Assembly (NCBI RefSeq): GCF_006345805.1
Contig: NC_043009.1
Coordinates: 62,124,001-62,188,000 of the forward strand
DNA length: 64,000 nt
DNA from: Octopus sinensis
Taxonomy: Eukaryota
Direction of reading: 5' to 3'
Both the position numbers and the translations under genes were made by a program. Within the stretch, counting starts at the first letter, position 1; every line of letters begins with the position of its first letter. Shown here one piece after another: positions 11,573 to 23,267 of this stretch. The notes beneath the pieces are model-generated. The model made no database searches, was not told where the DNA came from, and worked only from the letters and a program-made list of their open reading frames with translations.

Positions 11573-11744
11573 CGTTTCGTTAGATTTAAATTATCATTAT
11601 ATTAGTCACTTATTAATTCTAGTATTAAGTTGATTCCTTGCTAAATTTGAACATATTCTGTTAAAAAAATAATAAATAGAAAAAAATAAAAGCAAAAAAG
11701 AAGAAAATTACAAAGAGCTAATTCAGAGTGGTGAGATATTTCGA

Positions 11745-11885
11745 TTTATTTTCCAAATTCCGCCGAGGTTGACTTTGCCTTTCATCCTTTCGGGGATGAT
11801 AAATTAAGTACCAGTTGCGTACTGGAGTCGATCAAACTGACTGGTCCCTTCACCAAAAATTTCGGGCCTTGTGCCTAGAGAAGAA
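11745..11885 (+). mobile_element. tRNA-derived SINE family B fragment (Meta-like central domain)
   Basis: caaattccgccgaggttgactttgcctttcatcctttcggggatgataaattaagtaccag; related fragments at about 3255, 5980, 6380, 7560, 7780, 23345, 30620 and the 38-40 kb array. Confidence 0.72.
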
Positions 11886-12368
11886 AAGAATATTTAGATT
11901 TATTTATTTGGTTAAGCAAAATTCAAGAAAAATCACATCTAGTAACCAAACACTGCAGAATTTAACAAGTATATACTTAAACTTTACTGAAAAACAAAGC
12001 AAAACCTAAGAAATATAAAAAAAATTAGATATATACGATATGAGAAAAAAGCGAATTTATGAGAAATTTTTCTGACAAATTATTGCACATTCGAAAATAG
12101 AAATGCAAGGGAGTGAATTGATGTAAAACCATATATATGAGTTCTCTCCCTTAACAAGAAAATTTAGCAATGTAGAAAGTTGATTTTCACGTAGTTATCA
12201 CGTAAGATTAATTTAAAATCAGTCATTTTTTAGTAAGACAAACCGTACATGGGCAGATCTTTACCTTCTTGCAAAACCGAAGGAAATAATTAGAAATTAT
12301 ATTGAAATAGAAGACAAATCAGAAAATAAATCAACGAATTCTTACAACTGATCGAAGAATTGATGAAA

Positions 12369-12763
12369 TCTTTATATATAAAAGTGAAGTTGTGCGTCTG
12401 TCTCCTACGATTTAGATTCCTAACTACTCCCACATTTTGCGGTGCAGTGTAACCAAAACCGGGTATCTTATAGTCGTGATTCATATCGAGCCCTTCTGGG
12501 CATTAGCGCGAGTCTACGATGAGTCTACGATTTAAAAGAAAATTTACCATAATTTTTTCCCATTTTTAATGCATTTTTTTGCTATTATATAAGGGAAGTA
12601 ACTCTCTAAAAATGTATTATTAAATCCCAGAACGTAAAAAGCTACAGTAACCCCCCCCTTTGTGGTTAGCCATATTGAGATGGCTATTATACTTTACATC
12701 TCTAAAAATGCTTATATAGTTATTTCCCTTACAAACCCGAGCAACGCCGGGCGATACTGCTAG
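12369..12763 (+). mobile_element. Non-autonomous Helitron, 395 bp
   Basis: Begins A|TC (tctttatatataaaag), ends with the hairpin cccgagcaacgccggg followed by CTAG|T, i.e. inserted into an AT dinucleotide with no TSD. Confidence 0.85.
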
Positions 12764-13074
12764 TAACAGATGAAAGAGAATTCGGTGAAAGTAATTAATT
12801 GAAATGAAGACATTTTGGAATTGCCTTTAAAAAAATTGTTACTTCTCGTATATTCTTTCCCTGTATACTGCAACATTAATAAACCGCCATTGAATCGGGT
12901 CCATGAGAATTAACTGAAACATTCTCCTTGAGAGCTACTCACTGTACAGACGATATATGGTCACCGGTTAACCATCACGCGCTGACGCTTCAACATTTTC
13001 CGAACAGGAATGGATCTACTTCTACTCCGACTTTATTTAGCTATTTATTTATTTTCTCTTTCTCTTTTTTACTT

Positions 13075-13279
13075 GTTTCAGTCATTTGACTGCGGCCATG
13101 CTGGAGCACCTCCTTTAGTCCAATCAAATCGACCCCAGGACTTATTCTTTGTTAGCCTAGTACTTAGTCTATCGGTCTCTCCGTTGCTGAACCGCCAAGT
13201 TACGGGGACGTAAACACACCAGCTTCAGTTGTTAAGCAATATTGGGGGGGGGGGGGGCAATCACAGATACACAACATAT

Positions 13280-13374
<95 letters not shown>

Positions 13375-13520
13375 CGACGGGCTTCTTTCAGTTTCCGTCT
13401 ACCAAATCCACTCACAAGGCTTTGGTCGGCCCGAGGCTATAAGTAGAAGACACTTGCCGAAGGTGCCACGCAGTGGGACTGAACCCGGAACCATGTGGTT
13501 GGTAAACAAGCTACTTTATT
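13075..13520 (-). mobile_element. tRNA-derived SINE family A with internal (TA)n/(CA)n
   Basis: Reverse complement of the 17405-17822 copy. Confidence 0.82.
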
Positions 13521-13829
13521 TCATTTAATTTGCCACAAGGGCAGTACACAGATAGCTGCTACGGGCTGGACATAGACATTAATGAATGATGGTGATGGAA
13601 TGAAGATGGTGATGGGAGAAGACGAAAGCGCCTGCCGACCCCCGCTTCTCTAAAACAATGTTCTTTTTTTCAATGAGTTCAAAAATGTTCAAAATTTACA
13701 ATGTTCTTTACCACACAGCCACTCCTGCGCCTATTTATTTATTTATTTATTTATTTATATAAATTGTTGTTTTGGTTTGGAGGAAGTTACGGCGGTAGTC
13801 GTCGCAGACCTTCTGAGACTGGCGACATC

Positions 13830-14468
13830 AGAAAGGTTGTATGTAATCATTCGAGAATTTCTGCGATTCACCTCAGCATCCACAGTGAACTTCTCGTCCA
13901 CAAACACGAGAGTTTTCCCTGCACCTTGATGCTTGATGAATGACAGAAGCTTTGGGCACCTCTCGGCTCTGACTGCTTTGGACTTGGCTGTTAGGCGGTG
14001 ACGGCGCTCGTCGAGCATAGCTAGTCATGCCAAGGTCCTTGTTCACAGCCATGGACTCCGATGAAAGGGACACATTGCGTTTTTTTTTGTTTTTGCAAGA
14101 GTTGTCATGGTCGTGGATGGGTTGGCTTCAAGCGAGTGTTTGAAGCCAGCGAGAAACTTTAGATTGTGCTTGGAATCACTTCGAGTCTTGAGTTCTTTTC
14201 TGTCAATCTTTCTCTCTTCTTTAAATTGTTTATACACACGACAAACTGTAAGAAATTTCGTCAACTTATCAATTTTATTGGCAGTGTTCCCGGCACGAGC
14301 CAAAACAGCAATGTTTTATCACTTTCTGATGTTCAATCAGTTCACTATTTACATGGAAAATAAAGAGGAGGATTAGATTTTCAGTCAAACAAGGTTTTGT
14401 CAAAAAATGAAGTGTTAAACCCACTAAGCCAAATGCTTAAAATTGGTTTCAATTTATCTGCAAGACCC
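13830..14468 (-). mobile_element. Tc1/mariner 5' part (terminal repeat and N-terminal transposase), 3' truncated
   Basis: Minus-strand MARAGNTANKI...EANPSTTMTTLAK (HTH region) and KTLVFVDEKFTVDAEVNRRN (first catalytic D region); starts at TA-GGGTCTTGCAG in a (TA)n tract. Confidence 0.8.
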
Positions 14469-14528
<60 letters not shown>

Positions 14529-14719
14529 CAAATAAGAAAATGGAGAAATAAATTTAGTTTGTTCATCAACTAACGGATATTATAATGTTAGATTATTTAT
14601 TCATTTTACAAATGAGAAAATTGGAAGCATACAAAATATTATATAAATCAATAGATAAGATAATAATACAAATACAGATTTTAAAAGTCATATTATAGAT
14701 TATTGAAATCCAGAAATTA

Positions 14720-14858
14720 CTTCTTACAGCTGTTTCAGCCTATGGTCTAAAGTGAATCTAATTTTCATTGTCTACAGATGTCAACATACTAGGGTTGTAG
14801 GCATTTAAAAAATATATAATACTTATATGTTAAAAGAACCATAGGCCTCGTCAGAGGT
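14720..14858 (-). ncRNA. Type I hammerhead ribozyme motif (Penelope-type) in a (TA)n-flanked element 14520-14945
   Basis: CTGACGA ggcctatggt [about 90 nt] accataggct GAAAC agct GTA: 10-bp stem II, palindromic stem III ACAGCTGT, weak stem I. Homolog at 48616-48740. Confidence 0.7.
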
Positions 14859-14939
14859 TATAATTAACTATAAAATATAATAATATTAATATACTAAACA
14901 TCCCATAGTGGGTTACACCAATAACCCCTATCTTACTTT

Positions 14940-14997
<58 letters not shown>

Positions 14998-15172
14998 ATA
15001 TATATATAATATATATATATATTTTGTGAAATAGAAAGATGAATAATCTTGTTGCAGATTAATCAAAAGTTTAACCGATACCTTGGTAGCAAAAATCACA
15101 GCAGAAGACAGCACGGTTGGAGGTACAACCATATGGTGTTGCAACCGTGCGTTGGTGCGGATAATTGAATTT

Positions 15173-15618
15173 TAATATTATTAGTGAATTGAAGAAATGG
15201 AGTTGAACGAAGATTGAACAGAAATCGTTTTATTGCATTCTACACGTGTTTCGAAAGGCACAATTTACCAAATTCCGATTGAATAAGGAGACCATATTGT
15301 GTTTTTCTCTTCAGGAAGAAATAGGAAATCCGTTGGAAAAAACAAAAACAGAACAGAGGCGGAGCAAAACAAATCGAACGAGGCTCTTGTTCACCAATCG
15401 AACGAGGCTCTTAGGAGATTTGTTTTGCTCCGCCTCTGTTCTGTTTTTGTTTTTTCCAACGGATTTCCTATTTCTTCCTGAAGAGAAAGACACAATATGG
15501 TCTCCTTATTCAATCGGAATTTGGTAAATTGTGCCTTTCGACACACGTGTAGAATGCAATAAAACGATTTCTGTTCAATCTTCGTTCAACTCCATTTCTT
15601 CAATTCACTAATAATATA
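15173..15618. repeat. Palindromic element (about 200-bp arms, 41-bp loop), each arm carrying a hammerhead motif
   Basis: 15173-15375 is the near-perfect reverse complement of 15417-15618; the loop contains aatcgaacgaggctctt twice. Confidence 0.92.
15238..15317 (-). ncRNA. Type I hammerhead ribozyme motif, canonical core
   Basis: ttc CTGAAGA gaaaaacacaat...attgtgcctttc GAAAC acgt GTA gaa. The mirror copy at 15475-15554 (+) has GACAC in place of GAAAC. Confidence 0.75.
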
Positions 15619-15631
15619 ATATATATATATA

Positions 15632-15695
<64 letters not shown>

Positions 15696-16074
15696 TGTAT
15701 CTACCAATTTATCGGATGTTGTTACACATTGCTGGCCACAATGCGCTTCCTCCCAGAGTTCTGTTTTAGCTTTCGAATGATGCCACTGCTGGCTAGGTGG
15801 GCCAATATCCAGTATTCCTGAATGGAAGGCCATTCCGTCGCAGAGTTACCCATTTTCAGCTGAATGGACTGGAGTAACGTATAATGAGGTGTTTTGCCGA
15901 AAAACAACACACCGCCGGTCTGGGAATCGAAACCACGATCTTGCGGTCGCGTGTGCGACACCTTGACCATTAGGCCACATGCCTTCACACACACGTACGC
16001 GCACACATACACACACACATAGTGGATTCTTTCTTCGGCTTCGACGTCTGGGTTTTACATTCAATATTAAAACC

Positions 16075-17030
16075 GTTGAACAACCAAGGCAGATGATTTG
16101 TTTTCAGCAGTGAAGGATTATGTAGGACCATTCATACTTTTGAGAAATGCTGCTAGTAGAATGTTGGCGCAAATATTTGCCAAAAGCTCAATGAACGACG
16201 TGGATGGAAAGCATTCAGCATACAAAAAAGACTATGCATGGGCATGTTGCCCGGAAGCTTGAGGAAGACTGTAGAATTGACACGAAGCACAGCCTTTCTT
16301 GGACACAAGGCTACTACATTACATCACACTTTGAAGGCTATGCGTTTGCAATCCAGGAATCAGAGATTGCCACAAAGTACCTGGTGAACAAGAGAGACAA
16401 TGACGCTCTTGTAATCCCAAGGTGCAACCGCATGTGTAGGTTATATGATATTTCTGTGGAAGACATCAGGCATGTGATTAGCAGCTGTCCTAAAATGTCG
16501 TCACGGAACTACCTCCCTTTGCGGCACTATGTTGTCACTAAAAGAATTTACAAAGCCATCCGCAAGAAAGACTGTCATGAAATAAACTTAGAAAATCCCT
16601 CTGTTATGGAACACATTCATAAACATCAACTCAAGGAATACTGGTGGAATATTCCCATCAAAACTTCTGTCAAATGTAAACATAATAGGCTGGATATTAT
16701 CATTTGGGACAGAGGGGCAAAAGTATGTATCGTCATGGAGGTCAGCTGCCCTGCAGATATAAATATCTCTTTGAAAATCAAAGAAAAAGAGGATATCTAT
16801 GGACATCTGCTTCGAAACCTCCAGCTTCTATATCCAGACTTTGAAGTCATATTCATACCAATGATAATTGGAGCACTAGCTTTTGTTAGTAAATGCTTAA
16901 ATGAGAATCTGGATAAACTGGGATTTTCAGAAAGAGAAATCGACCGGCTAAGTCGTACATTACAAGTACAATCTGTGAGTGGAACAGTAAAAATATGCAA
17001 GACATTCTCAAGTTCCAAATGTGAATTTGT
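16075..17030 (+). mobile_element. R4/Dong-like non-LTR retrotransposon C-terminal fragment (zinc knuckle and REL endonuclease)
   Basis: ORF 16204..17115: MHG, EGYAFAIQE, CRLY..VEDIRHVISSC, RHY, WWNIPIKT, NRLDIIIWD, MEVSCP, KIKEKEDIY, IPMIIGALA. Degenerate CCHC and RHD motifs. Confidence 0.85.
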
Positions 17031-17404
17031 CTATGTTAACTACATCCCAAAGATGGAGACTTGTTTCTTTGTTGGAAACCGGTTCCCTCCTCAGTGGGAG
17101 ATTTATAATAATTAAAATATAGAAGAGACACATATGCATATTACGAACTCGAATATTTGGCGTAGGAGACTATTCATCGAAAATACGATGAATACCATCT
17201 CCAACTTTGGAGCCACAACTATCGGCCTTGTTAAATATCTGGTTAATCTTCAGATGAATTAACTGAGGGAGACTTTTATTCACGATCATAGTGATTTTCG
17301 ACTGAAACTTGAACTTAGCATGCAGAGAGTTACTACAAACAACATGGCTGGACACAACATCAACAACACAATCGAGGAACAGCACAAAATCAACAGATAA
17401 TCAA

Positions 17405-17822
17405 TAGGCGCAGGAGTGGCTGTGTGGTAAGTAGCTTGCTAACCAGCCACATGGTTCCGGGTTCAGTCCCACTGCGTGGCATCTTGGGTAAGTGTCTTCT
17501 GCTATAGCCCTGGGCCGACCAATGCCTTGTGAGTGGATTTGGTAGACGGAAACTGAAAGAAGCCTGTCGTATATATGTATATATATATATATAAGTGTGT
17601 GTGTATATGTTTGTGTGTCTGTGTTTATCCCCCTAGCATTGCTTGACAACCGATGCTGGTGTGTTTACGTCCCCGTCACTTAGCGGTTCGGCAAAAGAGA
17701 CCGATAGAATAAGTACTAGGCTTACAAAGAATAAGTCCCGGGGTCGATTTGCTTGACTAAAGGCGGTGCTCCAGCATGGCCACAGTCAAATGACTGAAAC
17801 AAGTAAAAGAGAAAGAGAAAGA
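17405..17822 (+). mobile_element. tRNA-derived SINE family A, near full length
   Basis: ggcgcaggagtggctgtgtggtaag..ccgggttcagtcccactgcgtggcatcttgggtaagtgtctt...gtcaaatgactgaaacaagtaaaagag. Confidence 0.85.
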
Positions 17823-17989
17823 GGTAGACAAATTCTTTCTAGTTGTAGTTATAGAAGGAACCGTAATTCCAAAACTCATTTCTCTTAGAGTTATGAATTG
17901 AATACTGATTTATTTAACTGCTTGAAAAAAAAAAAAAAAAAGAAAAGAAAAGAGAACCAAAACCCCGCTGTTGGTTATACGAATCGCTT

Positions 17990-18366
17990 GAAATCATATT
18001 GAGATGATCTGCATCCAGAATTAAATCCTTTTACTGCGAAGCAACTACGCCAACAAACATTTGTAGAACATAGAAAGAAGGTTAGTGTGACTGTAATTTT
18101 ATTTAAAAAATTGAAATTAACCTTCTTCCCAACTCTATAGACAAAAACGAAAACGTGAATGATATAAGACCACCACGTGATATCGCAGCTAGCGACATTC
18201 CAACAGATTCCGTTGTGCCTGTCAGCCAGCCACGCGACATTACTGGCTAAAGTAACTGACCACTGTCCCCTTACTACGACTATGGTAAACAGCAGATGCA
18301 ACCACAACGATTATTGTTGTAGTAGTAGTAGTAGTAGTAGTGGTAGTAGTAGTAGTAGTGGTAGTG

Positions 18367-18415
<49 letters not shown>

Positions 18416-19213
18416 GGATTATATACTGGTGAAAAATGTCCTTATTGAAAATTTCTGAGAAAAAATAACCACCAGGTACGGTATCAAAAGATTTTAGCGA
18501 AATTGGTGATGAGTACTTACAGCAGTGTGATGAACCTACATTCTAGCAGACTGACGCCTCTCAGTATGCTCTGGCTACGACTGCAAAGCAGTACATGAAT
18601 GTCATTAAAAAACAAAACAAAACAAAACAACAAAGGAAGCACCATCATGGGCTTTGAAGACAGAGAAAAAGATAACTGGTTTACGGAAGACCATCAGTCA
18701 TGTAATGGTGCTTATTGCATGCAAACAAGCAAATCATTACACATCCCACCAAAGGAAAATAAAGATGGAGATAGAATGATGTTTGGAGACGGTAAAAAGA
18801 GGACACTCACTTGCAAACTGATTACCTTCAAGCGGGAGCTCAAAGCTCTCAGTGAAAATCTCCGACATCAGAAGAGAATTTCCGAGAGAAGAACAATAAG
18901 CAAAAAATTTAACTGCAACCAGGCAGTAGTATACGGAGATATGAAAGGAGGAGCAGTGAACATCACAGAAGCTCTTTCATGAGAAGACCATAGACTCCTT
19001 CTGAAGGAAAATCAAGAATGAACAGAAGAAGTTTAACCAAGATGCTCTGTGGCTGGAAGAAATCCGAAGTTATTGCTTCTGCGTTTCACCCAAGGCACAA
19101 CATTGATGGTGAAACTCTTGCAACTGTGATCCAGGATGGAAAAGCATCTGGAAGAGACTTGATTGTTGGATATTGGTACAAGAAGCTAATCTTCTACCAA
19201 CCATATCTTCACA
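17990..19213 (+). mobile_element. Degenerate R4-like LINE N-terminal and pre-RT fragments, interrupted by (AGT)n
   Basis: DLHPELNPFTAKQLRQQ; LKALSENLRHQKRISERRTISKKFNCNQAVVY; KFNQDALWLEEI; GKASGRDLIVGYWYKKL, resembling the KAPG.D.I...W.K.L motif ahead of the RT. Confidence 0.6.
18320..18413. repeat. (AGT)n microsatellite
   Basis: Direct reading. Confidence 0.95.
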
Positions 19214-19531
19214 ATTAAAACTAGTTTTGCTTGTGCCTCTGAGAACCTAATTTATGTAATCACCTGCTCGGGCTGTGGACACAACTATATTGCACAAATG
19301 AGTATGACCTTGAGAAAGAGAATCACTCTACATAAAGAGCAAATTCGTTTCCCGCAATACAGGCAAATTCCTCTCAGTGAACATATGGAAAAATGTGCAG
19401 ATAACATCAAACCAAATTTCACAGTCTTCCCCTTCTACCAATGCAAAGACACAATCTCCCCACAAGAACGTTTAAATAAAGAAACTTTTTTCATCGAAAG
19501 ATACAGAACACGTCTTAATATGCACGCATAA
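19214..19531 (+). mobile_element. Penelope-like element GIY-YIG endonuclease, C-terminal fragment
   Basis: IKTSFACASENLIYVITCSGCGHNYIAQMSMTLRKRITLHKEQI...ERLNKETFFIERYRTRLN*: IY..C..C..YI motif, R..H and E..I. Confidence 0.85.
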
Positions 19532-19950
19532 CCAACTTTTATCTTTTTACATATTTCAATTCACGATTATATCACTGTACATAAATCCCCTCACTAAACA
19601 AGGCTTTCGAAACTTGTCTTTGTCTGTACATATATATTCCCCTCCCATTACCGAAAGCTGAGCAGTTATCTCCCTTACCCACAACAATAACAATAATAAC
19701 AATAACCATTTACCTACCTTTATTTATCTACTTGTGAAGTCATTCACTCGTGAATTTCATCACACACAACATGGACAAAATTTCTACTTAAGAAAAATAC
19801 ATATTCAAATAAGTAAAACATAATATCATGAATAGCGATAGCGAAACCGGTCGATATATTAAAGATTATATTAAAACTATGTAAGTGTGCGTATTTTCCT
19901 TTATTTAATTTCTTATATATATATATATGTATATATATATAATATATATA

Positions 19951-20065
<115 letters not shown>

Positions 20066-20335
20066 GTGAAGGCGCATGGCTCAGTGGTCAGAGCGTCGAG
20101 CTTACGACCGTGAGGTTGTGAGTTCGAATCCTGGACGGGTTGCGTGTTGTGTTCTTGAGCAAGACACTTTATTTCACGTTGCTCCAGTTCACTTGTGTCA
20201 AGCTGTATTGGCCTTTGGCTTTCCCTTGGCGTGGAGAGGGGAGGCTGGTATGCATGGGCGACTGCTGGTCTTCCATAAAACAGCCTTGCCCGGACTTGTA
20301 CCTCAGAGGGTAACATTCTAGGTGCAATACCATGG
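20066..20335 (+). mobile_element. tRNA-derived SINE (CORE-like)
   Basis: ggcgcatggctcagtggtcagagc..gagttcgaatcctgg..ttcttgagcaagacactttatttcacgttgctccag. Confidence 0.8.
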
Positions 20336-20515
20336 TATTTTATATATATAAAATTAGAAAAAACCCACATTTTATCAATTCAAAATGAATTATTAAATTA
20401 AAAACACCATCTAGAAAATTACATATAATAGAAATATTAAAATTAAAATAGCAATAAAATACCAATGGTTAAGTAAATTGCAAAAAAATAATAAAAACGT
20501 ATATAATTGGTAGAA

Positions 20516-20619
20516 TAACGACACGTGTTTCGTAGCTATATTTAAGAAATGATTATAGTAAAAAAATTAATAGTAGTAGTAAAATCACTTCGATATAAAT
20601 ATAGCCACTCATCAGGTTA
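20516..20619 (-). ncRNA. Type I hammerhead ribozyme, canonical core
   Basis: taac CTGATGA gtggctatattta[about 60 nt]taaatatagctac GAAAC acgt GTC gtta: 4-bp stem I, 13-bp stem II, palindromic stem III, GUC triplet. Confidence 0.88.
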
Positions 20620-21111
20620 AAAATAAACTAGAATAATAAAATAATTAATAAATATACTTTAATATATATATAAATAATACTAAATATACATTAAGTGAAA
20701 ACTAAAATAATATTACTATAATAAATATTTATTTAAAAATAATATAATTATTTATTTATTAGTTAATTATTAGGTGATATATTTATTATGTAGTATTAAA
20801 TTTTAAGATAATTAGGTATTATATTAACTGATATTTAGTCAACTATATTATAGATTGATATATTTAATCTATAGATACTACACATGTATATTAATTATAT
20901 GGTTAGCTTATTTAATGAGTTTGTCTATATTTAAACCATTTCTTATTTTGATTACAATTTAATGACTTGTACTAGCATTGTGTATATTAATTAATTCTAA
21001 AGTATTTAATAATTTAAGTATTGTTTTAGTTTTCACTTAATGTATATTTAGTATTATATATATATATATTAAAGTATATTTATTAATTATTTTATTATTC
21101 TAGTTTATTTT

Positions 21112-21213
21112 TAACCTGATGAGTGGCTATATTTATATCGAAGTGATTTTACTACTACTATTAATTTTTTTACTATAATCATTTCTTAAATATAGCTACG
21201 AAACATGTCGTTA
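21112..21213 (+). ncRNA. Type I hammerhead ribozyme (mirror arm)
   Basis: Same fold with GAAAC at GTC (stem III palindrome ACATGT). Confidence 0.82.
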
Positions 21214-21468
21214 TTCTACCAATTATATACGTTTTTATTATTTTTTTGCAATTTACTTAATCATTGGTATTTTATTGTTATTTTAATTTTAATATTTCTA
21301 TTTTAATTAATTTTCTTGATGGTGTAATTTAATTGTTCATTTTGAATTGATAAAAGGTGTTTTTTTTCTAATTTTTTTATATATATATATATTATATTGT
21401 GTGAAATTTGACTGAGTATTTCTAAATTGAATTTTCTCCCTGTAAGTTAGGATTAATATTCCCTCAAA

Positions 21469-21532
<64 letters not shown>

Positions 21533-21732
21533 GCTTCATAATTAATATAACGCGTCCATAATTAATCGAAGACTGATTTCATTATTTTTCTTCTTTTTAC
21601 CTATGTGAGTTACAAATATTGTTATCTGTAGAGACATATTTTGTAAGAAAAAGAAATAGCGGTCTTTTGGCTGCTATTTCTAAAATTTTCGGTATGTGGT
21701 GAAGCAACTTGTTGCTAAACCCTTAGTTATTG

Positions 21733-21780
<48 letters not shown>

Positions 21781-21782
<2 letters not shown>

Positions 21783-22392
21783 GCCAAAAGAAACTATTAC
21801 CACCTTAAAATCTCCGAGAATAACCACCACATGATAGGCTTGCAAAAGAAAGAAAATGAATCAAAGACTTTCGGTTAACCACATACAAGATCCTGTTCCA
21901 AGCTTGAGATAAAAATAAAATATTACCAATTGCTATCATCAGCGACGGTATTCCAAAGTATAAATTTACGAGCATCTCAGAATATGCATGCGAGCTGCGA
22001 CGTCGCATAACTAATAGCCATCCACACTCGTAGAAACATACTGCAAAGTAGAATTCACATCTTTCTTTTATACCCACGTGTAGTGTGTCAAGACTTAGTC
22101 TACAGTTAATACAATTTCTATCGAGGAGTAAATTTTTCAACTATTAATTATAATAAAGGGTAAAAATCATTAATGATTTTACCAGGTGGTCAACGTGGAA
22201 ATAAAACCCACAAAATATTTTATAATTATATACTTAATTATATCCTAATTATATACCTAATTATATCCTGTTTCAAGAGGATCTTGTGCGCGGTTAACCG
22301 AAATTTTTTAATGCATTTTCTTTCTTTTGCTAGCCTATTATGTGGTGTATTATTCTCCGAGATTTTAAGGTGGTAATAGTGTCTTTTGGCGT
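21781..22392. mobile_element. MITE-like element with about 115-bp diverged terminal inverted repeats
   Basis: acgccaaaagaaactattaccaccttaaaatctccgagaata... versus ...tattctccgagattttaaggtggtaatagtgtcttttggcgt; begins at the edge of a (TA)n tract. Confidence 0.7.
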
Positions 22393-22463
22393 CTATTCTT
22401 ACAGTGCGTGGTGAGACACAAGCCAATCCCTTGTTTTTTCGTCATGAAGACATTATTATTATT

Positions 22464-22514
<51 letters not shown>

Positions 22515-22614
22515 GGTGCTGGTGGTATGACACATCGTTAGCAAATGCCCGAAATTGGAGCAAGGGCACTTTTGTTTTGCTATGCATACTAAAATTATCT
22601 CCACATTTTTTCCA

Positions 22615-23267
22615 TTTTAGATGGAGAGTGCTTTCCGTAGTATATGGGCTGTACCCATCAAGGTTATCTTTTGTAGTTCACGGGGAATTGAGTTACCGGG
22701 GGAGTTGCTTAATATACCTCTCAGCGCCCTTCTTTATCATTCCCAACGCACCAATTACTACTGGTATCACAGTAATACTAAGTTTCCACATTTTTGTGAT
22801 TTCAATTTGCAGATTTCTATTGTGAAAAAGCTTTTCGTATTCCTTTCTTGAGACATTTTGATCTTGTGGGACAGACATATCTATTAACAGACAAGTTCCT
22901 CTGTTGTAGTCCTTGATCACAATGTCTGGTCGATTAGAGTCAATTTTTCTGTCTGTTTGTATTGAGAAGTTCCAAAGGATGGTGATGCTGTCACCATTTA
23001 CTACATCCACTGGATGGTGCCTGTACCATGGATGTACTGCCCTAGTCTGTCATGTCTGATGAGGTACTCCTTTTCAGCGAGGACTGGGCAGCCAGAAACA
23101 ACATGGTCAATTGTCACTGTGAATTTTCCGCAAACTCTGCACGAGGTGTCAGCTCCATCTTCAAGGACGTTTGCATGGTAGTTTCCGGTAGGTAGGCTCT
23201 GATCTTGCGCTGCAATAATAAAACCTTCTGTTTCCCCTTTGAAATCTGTCCCTTGTAGCCATTGGTG

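Larger units (their letters stand above)
20341..21390. repeat. About 1.05-kb inverted repeat (about 380-bp arms, about 290-bp AT-rich spacer) with a hammerhead in each arm
   Basis: 20341 to about 20725 is the reverse complement of about 21015 to 21390; third single-arm copy at 45810-46125. Confidence 0.9.

Noticed and set aside
18085-18150. Apparent GT..AG mini-intron (aag|gttagt...ctatag)
   Set aside because: Flanking peptides look like a decayed R4 LINE N-terminus and the joined frame stops quickly.
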